The notes beneath the pieces are model-generated. The model saw nothing but the letters and a program-made list of their open reading frames with translations, ran no database searches and was not told the origin of the DNA. Position numbers and translations under genes: made by a program. From assembly GCA_964057225.1 (NCBI GenBank), contig OZ059896.1, forward strand, positions 21,452,001-21,516,000: a DNA stretch of 64,000 bases. The letters run 5' to 3'. Each line of letters begins with the position of its first letter. Position 1 is the first letter of the stretch. Positions 55,001 to 64,000 of this stretch are shown piece after piece. The stretch is from Auanema rhodensis (taxonomy: Eukaryota > Animalia > Nematoda).

Positions 55001-56919
55001 AATCCGCATCGAATGCACTTTACTACATTGAGAAACGCTTAATACAAAAATTAGTTATGATCGTTTGAAAAATGATGCATTAGTGTATGTTGAGTTTCCA
55101 TGTACACTCAACATTGCTTCCAAAAACATTTTGACAAAAATTTTTTCGAAAAATTTCAAAATAATTTAGCAAAAAGTAGATATTTTTAGATTCCTTTTTT
55201 CAAGGCAAAGACGATGGACAATGTTATTCAACGAAAAAATTAATTCTTCAGGGTGAAAATCGAGGATATAAGTGTGAACTTATATCAGTTGATATCTCGG
55301 TGCATTTTTAAGCTAGCGCAAATCTGATAACACAGATCGACGCAGCTTAAAAATCCGCATCGAATGCACTATACCACATTGAGAAACGCTTAATACAAAA
55401 ATTAGTTATGATCGTTTGAAAAATGATGCCTTAGTGTATGTTGAGTTTCCATGTACACTCAACATTGCTTCCAAAAACATTTTGACAAAAACTTTTTCGA
55501 AAAATTTCAAAATAATTTAGCAAAAAGTAGATGTTTTTAGATTCCTTTTTTTAAGGCAAAGACGATGGACAATGTTATTCAACGAAAAAATTAATTCTTC
55601 AGGGTGAAAATCGAGGATATAAGTGTGAACTTATATCAGTTTATATCTCGGTGCATTTTTAAGCTAGCGCAAATCTCATAACACAGATCGACGCAGCTTG
55701 AAAATCCGCATCGAATGCACTATACTACATTGAGAAACGCTTAATACAAAAATTAGTTATGATCGTTTGAAAAATGATGCCTTAGTGTATGTTGAGTTTC
55801 CATGTACACTCAACATTGCTTCCAAAAACATTTTGACAAAAATTTTTTCGAAACATTTCAAAATAATTTAGCAAAAAGTAGATGTTTTTAGATTCCTTTT
55901 TTCAAGGCAAAGACGATGGACAATGTTATTCAACGAAAAAATTAATTCTTCAGGGTGAAAATCGAGGATATAAGTGTGAACTTATATCAGTTGATATCTC
56001 GGTGCATTTTTAAGCTAGCGCAAATCTGATAACACAGATCGACGCAGCTTAAAAATCCGCATCGAATGCACTTTACTACATTGAGAAACGCTTAATACAA
56101 AAATTAGTTATGATCGTTTGAAAAATGATGCATTAGTGTATGTTGAGTTTCCATGTACACTCAACATTGCTTCCAAAAACATTTTGACAAAAATTTTTTC
56201 GAAAAATTTCAAAATAATTTAGCAAAAGGTAGTAGTTTTTAGATTCCTTTTTTCAAGGCAAAGACGATGGACAATGTTATTCAACGAAAAAATTAATTCT
56301 TCAGGGTGAAAATCGAGGATATAAGTGTGAACTTATATCAGTTGATATCTCGGTGCATTTTTAAGCTAGCGCAAATCTGATAACACAGATCGACGCAGCT
56401 TAAAAATCCGCATCGAATGCACTATACCACATTGAGAAACGCTTAATACAAAAATTAGTTATGATCGTTTGAAAATTGATGCATTAGTGTATGTTGAGTT
56501 TCCATGTACACTCAACATTGCTTCCAAAAACATTTTGACAAAAATTTTTTCGAAAAATTTCAAAATAATTTAGCAAAAAGTAGATGTTTTTAGATTCCTT
56601 TTTTCAAGGCAAAGACGATGGACAATGTTATTTAACGAAAAAATTAATTCTTCAGGGTGAAAATCGAGGATATAAGTGTGAACTTATATCAGATGATATC
56701 TCGATGCATTTTTAAGCTAGCGCAAATCTGATAACACAGATCGACGCAGCTTAAAAATCCGCATCGAATGCACTTTACTACTTTGAAAAACGCTTAATAC
56801 AAAAGTTAGTTATGATCGTTTGAAAATTGATGCATTAGTGTATGTTGAGTTTCCATGTACACTCAACATTGCTTCCAAAAACATTTTGACAAAAATTTTT
56901 TCGAAAAATTTCAAAATAA

Positions 56920-59900
56920 TTTAGCAAAAAGTAGATGTTTTAAGATTCCTTTTTTTAAGGCAAAGACGATGGACAATGTTATTCAACGAAAAAATTAATT
57001 CTTCAGGGTGAAAATCGAGGATATAAGTGTGAACTTATATCAGATGATATCTCGATGCATTTTTAAGCTAGCGCAAATCTGATAACACAGATCGACGCAG
57101 CTTAAAAATCCGCATCGAATGCACTATACCACATTGAGAAACGCTTAATACAAAAATTAGTTATGATCGTTTGAAAATTGATGCATTAGTGTATGTTGAG
57201 TTTCCATGTACACTCAACATTGCTTCCAAAAACATTTTGACAAAAACTTTTTCGAAAAATTTCAAAATAATTTAGCAAAAAGTAGATGTTTTTAGATTCC
57301 TTTTTTTAAGGCAAAGACGATGGACAATGTTATTCAACGAAAAAATTAATTCTTCAGGGTGAAAATCGAGGGTATAAGTGTGAACTTATATCAGTTGATA
57401 TCTCGGTGCATTTTTAAGCTAGCGCAAATCTGATAACACAGATCGACGCAGCTTAAAAATCCGCATCGAATGCACTTCACTACTTTGAGAAACGCTTAAT
57501 ACAAAAGTTAGTTATGATCGTTTGAAAATTGATGCATTAGTGTATGTTGAGTTTCCATGTACACTCAACATTGCTTCCAAAAACATTTTGACAAAAATTT
57601 TTTCGAAAAATTTCAAAATAATTTAGCAAAAAGTAGATGTTTTTAGATTCCTTTTTTCAAGGCAAAGACGATGGACAATGTTATTTAACGTAAAAATTAA
57701 TTCTTCAGGGTGAAAATCGAGGATATAAGTGTGAACTTATATCAGTTGATATCTCGGTGCATTTTTAAGCTAGCGCAAATCTGATAACACAGATCGACGC
57801 AGCTTAAAAATCCGCATTGAATGCACTATACTACATTGAGAAACGCTTAATACAAAAATTAGTTATGATTGTTTGAAAAATGATGCATTAGTGTATGTTG
57901 AGTTTCCATGTACACTCAACATTGCTTCCAAAAACATTTTGACAAAAATTTTTTCGAAAAATTTCAAAATAATTTAGCAAAAAGTAGATGTTTTTAGATT
58001 CCTTTTTTCAAGGCAAAGACGATGGACAATGTTATTCAACGAAAAAATTAATTCTTCAGGGTGAAAATCGAGGATATAAGTGTGCACTTATATCAGATGA
58101 TATCTCGATGCATTTTTAAGCTAGCGCAAATCTGATAACACAGATCGACGCAGCTCAAAAATCCGCATCGAATGCACTATACTACATTGAGAATCGCTTA
58201 ATACAAAAATTAGTTATGATCGTTTGAAAATTGATGCATTAGTGTATGTTGAGTTTCCATGTACACTCAACATTGCTTCCAAAAACATTTTGACAAAAAC
58301 TTTTTCGAAAAATTTCAAAATAATTTAGCAAAAAGTAGATGTTTTTAGATTCCTTTTTTCAAGGCAAAGACGATGGACAATGTTATTCAACGAAAAAATT
58401 AATTCTTCAGGGTGAAAATCGAGGATATAAGTGTGAACTTATATCAGTTGATATCTCGGTGCATTTTTAAGCTAGCGCAAATCTCATAACACAGATCGAC
58501 GCAGCTTGAAAATCCGCATCGAATGCACTATACTACATTGAGAAACGCTTAATACAAAAATTAGTTATGATCGTTTGAAAAATGATGCCTTAGTGTATGT
58601 TGAGTTTCCATGTACACTCAACATTGCTTCCAAAAACATTTTGACAAAAACTTTTTCGAAAAATTTCAAAATAATTTAGCAAAAAGTAGATGTTTTTAGA
58701 TTCCTTTTTTCAAGGCAAAGACGATGGACAATGTTATTCAACGAAAAAATTAATTCTTCAGGGTGAAAATCGAGGATATAAGTGTGAACATATATCAGTT
58801 GATATCTCGGTGCATTTTTAAGCTAGCGCAAATCTGATAACACAGATCGACGCAGCTTGAAAATCCGCATCGAATGCACTATACTACATTGAGAAACGCT
58901 TAATACAAAAATTAGTTATGATCGTTTGAAAAATGATGCCTTAGTGTATGTTGAGTTTCCATGTACACTCAACATTGCTTCCAAAAACATTTTGACAAAA
59001 ATTTTTTCGAAACATTTCAAAATAATTTAGCAAAAAGTAGATATTTTTAGATTCCTTTTTTCAAGGCAAAGACGATGGACAATGTTATTCAACGAAAAAA
59101 TTAATTCTTCAGGGTGAAAATCGAGGATATAAGTGTGAACTTATATCAGTTGATATCTCGGTGCATTTTTAAGCTAGCGCAAATCTGATAACACAGATCG
59201 ACGCAGCTTAAAAATCCGCATCGAATGCACTTTACTACATTGAGAAACGCTTAATACAAAAATTAGTTATGATCGTTTGAAAAATGATGCATTAGTGTAT
59301 GTTGAGTTTCCATGTACACTCAACATTGCTTCCAAAAACATTTTGACAAAAATTTTTTCGAAAAATTTCAAAATAATTTAGCAAAAAGTAGATATTTTTA
59401 GATTCCTTTTTTCAAGGCAAAGACGATGGACAATGTTATTCAACGAAAAAATTAATTCTTCAGGGTGAAAATCGAGGATATAAGTGTGAACTTATATCAG
59501 TTGATATCTCGGTGCATTTTTAAGCTAGCGCAAATCTGATAACACAGATCGACGCAGCTTAAAAATCCGCATCGAATGCACTATACCACATTGAGAAACG
59601 CTTAATACAAAAATTAGTTATGATCGTTTGAAAAATGATGCCTTAGTGTATGTTGAGTTTCCATGTACACTCAACATTGCTTCCAAAAACATTTTGACAA
59701 AAATTTTTTCGAAACATTTCAAAATAATTTAGCAAAAAGTAGATGTTTTTAGATTCCTTTTTTCAAGGCAAAGACGATGGACAATGTTATTCAACGAAAA
59801 AATTAATTCTTCAGGGTGAAAATCGAGGATATAAGTGTGAACTTATATCAGTTGATATCTCGGTGCATTTTTAAGCTAGCGCAAATCTGATAACACAGAT

Positions 59901-62900
59901 CGACGCAGCTTAAAAATCCGCATCGAATGCACTTTACTACATTGAGAAACGCTTAATACAAAAATTAGTTATGATCGTTTGAAAAATGATGCATTAGTGT
60001 ATGTTGAGTTTCCATGTACACTCAACATTGCTTCCAAAAACATTTTGACAAAAATTTTTTCGAAAAATTTCAAAATAATTTAGCAAAAAGTAGATATTTT
60101 TAGATTCCTTTTTTCAAGGCAAAGACGATGGACAATGTTATTCAACGAAAAAATTAATTCTTCAGGGTGAAAATCGAGGATATAAGTGTGAACTTATATC
60201 AGTTGATATCTCGGTGCATTTTTAAGCTAGCGCAAATCTGATAACACAGATCGACGCAGCTTAAAAATCCGCATCGAATGCACTATACCACATTGAGAAA
60301 CGCTTAATACAAAAATTAGTTATGATCGTTTGAAAATTGATGCATTAGTGTATGTTGAGTTTCCATGTACACTCAACATTGCTTCCAAAAACATTTTGAC
60401 AAAAACTTTTTCGAAAAATTTCAAAATAATTTAGCAAAAAGTAGATGTTTTTAGATTCCTTTTTTTAAGGCAAAGACGATGGACAATGTTATTCAACGAA
60501 AAAATTAATTCTTCAGGGTGAAAATCGAGGATATAAGTGTGAACTTATATCAGTTGATATCTCGGTGCATTTTTAAGCTAGCGCAAATCTCATAACACAG
60601 ATCGACGCAGCTTGAAAATCCGCATCGAATGCACTATACTACATTGAGAAACGCTTAATACAAAAATTAGTTATGATCGTTTGAAAAATGATGCCTTAGT
60701 GTATGTTGAGTTTCCATGTACACTCAACATTGCTTCCAAAAACATTTTGACAAAAACTTTTTCGAAAAATTTCAAAATAATTTAGCAAAAAGTAGATGTT
60801 TTTAGATTCCTTTTTTTAAGGCAAAGACGATGGACAATGTTATTCAACGAAAAAATTAATTCTTCAGGGTGAAAATCGAGGATATAAGTGTGAACTTATA
60901 TCAGTTGATATCTCGGTGCATTTTTAAGCTAGCGCAAATCTCATAACACAGATCGACGCAGCTTGAAAATCCGCATCGAATGCACTATACTACATTGAGA
61001 AACGCTTAATACAAAAATTAGTTATGATCGTTTGAAAAATGATGCCTTAGTGTATGTTGAGTTTCCATGTACACTCAACATTGCTTCCAAAAACATTTTG
61101 ACAAAAATTTTTTCGAAAAATTTCAAAATAATTTAGCAAAAAGTAGATGTTTTAAGATTCCTTTTTTTAAGGCAAAGACGATGGACAATGTTATTCAACG
61201 AAAAAATTAATTCTTCAGGGTGAAAATCGAGGATATAAGTGTGAACTTATATCAGATGATATCTCGATGCATTTTTAAGCTAGCGCAAATCTGATAACAC
61301 AGATCGACGCAGCTTAAAAATCCGCATCGAATGCACTATACCACATTGAGAAACGCTTAATACAAAAATTAGTTATGATCGTTTGAAAATTGATGCATTA
61401 GTGTATGTTGAGTTTCCATGTACACTCAACATTGCTTCCAAAAACATTTTGACAAAAACTTTTTCGAAAAATTTCAAAATAATTTAGCAAAAAGTAGATG
61501 TTTTTAGATTCCTTTTTTTAAGGCAAAGACGATGGACAATGTTATTCAACGAAAAAATTAATTCTTCAGGGTGAAAATCGAGGATATAAGTGTGAACTTA
61601 TATCAGTTGATATCTCGGTGCATTTTTAAGCTAGCGCAAATCTGATAACACAGATCGACGCAGCTTAAAAATCCGCATCGAATGCACTTCACTACTTTGA
61701 GAAACGCTTAATACAAAAGTTAGTTATGATCGTTTGAAAATTGATGCATTAGTGTATGTTGAGTTTCCATGTACACTCAAGATTGCTTCCAAAAACATTT
61801 TGACAAAAATTTTTTCGAAAAATTTCAAAATAATTTAGCAAAAAGTAGATGTTTTTAGATTCCTTTTTTCAAGGCAAAGACGATGGACAATGTTATTTAA
61901 CGAAAAAATTAATTCTTCAGGGTGAAAATCGAGGATATAAGTGTGAACTTATATCAGTTGATATCTCGGTGCATTTTTAAGCTAGCGCAAATCTGATAAC
62001 ACAGATCGACGCAGCTTAAAAATCCGCATTGAATGCACTATACTACATTGAGAAACGCTTAATACAAAAATTAGTTATGATTGTTTGAAAAATGATGCAT
62101 TAGTGTATGTTGAGTTTCCATGTACACTCAACATTGCTTCCAAAAACATTTTGACAAAAATTTTTTCGAAAAATTTCAAAATAATTTAGCAAAAAGTAGA
62201 TGTTTTTAGATTCCTTTTTTCAAGGCAAAGACGATGGACAATGTTATTCAACGAAAAAATTAATTCTTCAGGGTGAAAATCGAGGATATAAGTGTGCACT
62301 TATATCAGATGATATCTCGATGCATTTTTAAGCTAGCGCAAATCTGATAACACAGATCGACGCAGCTCAAAAATCCGCATCGAATGCACTATACTACATT
62401 GAGAATCGCTTAATACAAAAATTAGTTATGATCGTTTGAAAATTGATGCATTAGTGTATGTTGAGTTTCCATGTACACTCAACATTGCTTCCAAAAACAT
62501 TTTGACAAAAACTTTTTCGAAAAATTTCAAAATAATTTAGCAAAAAGTAGATGTTTTTAGATTCCTTTTTTCAAGGCAAAGACGATGGACAATGTTATTC
62601 AACGAAAAAATTAATTCTTCAGGGTGAAAATCGAGGATATAAGTGTGAACTTATATCAGTTGATATCTCGGTGCATTTTTAAGCTAGCGCAAATCTCATA
62701 ACACAGATCGACGCAGCTTGAAAATCCGCATCGAATGCACTATACTACATTGAGAAACGCTTAATACAAAAATTAGTTATGATCGTTTGAAAAATGATGC
62801 CTTAGTGTATGTTGAGTTTCCATGTACACTCAACATTGCTTCCAAAAACATTTTGACAAAAACTTTTTCGAAAAATTTCAAAATAATTTAGCAAAAAGTA

Positions 62901-63588
62901 GATGTTTTTAGATTCCTTTTTTCAAGGCAAAGACGATGGACAATGTTATTCAACGAAAAAATTAATTCTTCAGGGTGAAAATCGAGGATATAAGTGTGAA
63001 CTTATATCAGTTGATATCTCGGTGCATTTTTAAGCTAGCGCAAATCTCATAACACAGATCGACGCAGCTTGAAAATCCGCATCGAATGCACTATACTACA
63101 TTGAGAAACGCTTAATACAAAAATTAGTTATGATCGTTTGAAAAATGATGCCTTAGTGTATGTTGAGTTTCCATGTACACTCAACATTGCTTCCAAAAAC
63201 ATTTTGACAAAAATTTTTTCGAAACATTTCAAAATAATTTAGCAAAAAGTAGATGTTTTTAGATTCCTTTTTTCAAGGCAAAGACGATGGACAATGTTAT
63301 TCAACGAAAAAATTAATTCTTCAGGGTGAAAATCGAGGATATAAGTGTGAACTTATATCAGTTGATATCTCGGTGCATTTTTAAGCTAGCGCAAATCTGA
63401 TAACACAGATCGACGCAGCTTAAAAATCCGCATCGAATGCACTTTACTACATTGAGAAACGCTTAATACAAAAATTAGTTATGATCGTTTGAAAAATGAT
63501 GCATTAGTGTATGTTGAGTTTCCATGTACACTCAACATTGCTTCCAAAAACATTTTGACAAAAATTTTTTCGAAAAATTTCAAAATAA
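56920..63588 (+). repeat. 12-monomer (4212-bp) period duplication in the distal domain
   Basis: Copies 163-169 (TTTTAAGA+CAGATG; CACTTCAC; ATTTAAC+CATTGAA; GCTCAA/GAGAATC type; etc.) recur in order as copies 175-181, with a few private differences. Confidence 0.8.
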
Positions 63589-64000
63589 TTTAGCAAAAAG
63601 TAGATGTTTTTAGATTCCTTTTTTCAAGGCAAAGACGATGGACAATGTTATTCAACGAAAAAATTAATTCTTCAGGGTGAAAATCGAGGATATAAGTGTG
63701 AACTTATATCAGTTGATATCTCGGTGCATTTTTAAGCTAGCGCAAATCTGATAACACAGATCGACGCAGCTTAAAAATCCGCATCGAATGCACTATACCA
63801 CATTGAGAAACGCTTAATACAAAAATTAGTTATGATCGTTTGAAAATTGATGCATTAGTGTATGTTGAGTTTCCATGTACACTCAACATTGCTTCCAAAA
63901 ACATTTTGACAAAAACTTTTTCGAAAAATTTCAAAATAATTTAGCAAAAAGTAGATGTTTTTAGATTCCTTTTTTTAAGGCAAAGACGATGGACAATGTT

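Larger units (their letters stand above)
1..64000. repeat. Tandem satellite DNA array, 351-bp monomer, 182 full copies plus a 61-bp partial copy, head-to-tail
   Basis: TTTAGCAAAAAGTAGATG recurs at 1, 352, 703 ... 7021, 14041, 21061, 28081 and 35101 (1 plus exact multiples of 351). Later starts (53761, 60781, 63940) fit 351n+58, which the indels fully account for: -1 near 16128, +1 near 17935, +1 near 37550, and four +14 insertions. No non-satellite sequence or inversion was seen. Confidence 0.99.

Noticed and set aside
1-64000. CRISPR array or bacterial repeat-spacer system
   Set aside because: No unique spacers: the entire 351 bp repeats, and there are no cas or other genes.

Overview
The entire 64-kb window is one uninterrupted head-to-tail tandem satellite array. 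It has 182 complete copies plus a 61-bp partial copy of a 351-bp AT-rich monomer (about 32% GC by my count of copy 1), all in the same orientation and usually differing at only a few positions. I see no credible protein-coding gene, RNA gene, transposon insertion or CRISPR array. The six 79-aa ORFs are one satellite variant in which three in-frame TAA stops read CAA. The interesting content is structural: (1) each monomer is built from at least four dyad-symmetry modules; (2) diagnostic variants reveal alternating subfamily domains (A-B-A-B), a homologous block repeated about 25.3 kb apart, and nested short-range higher-order repeats of 2, 3, 4, 5, 6 and 12 monomers; (3) a 14-bp insertion made from flanking sequence occurs in four copies; (4) an apparent gene-conversion patch of at most 70 bp occurs in three copies. 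The overall picture fits a eukaryotic (peri)centromeric-type satellite, probably from a host with little CpG depletion, but I cannot name the species or satellite family from the sequence. 'Position' below means position within the monomer, with position 1 the first T of TTTAGCAAAAAG. Variant cataloguing was done by eye and should be confirmed by alignment.
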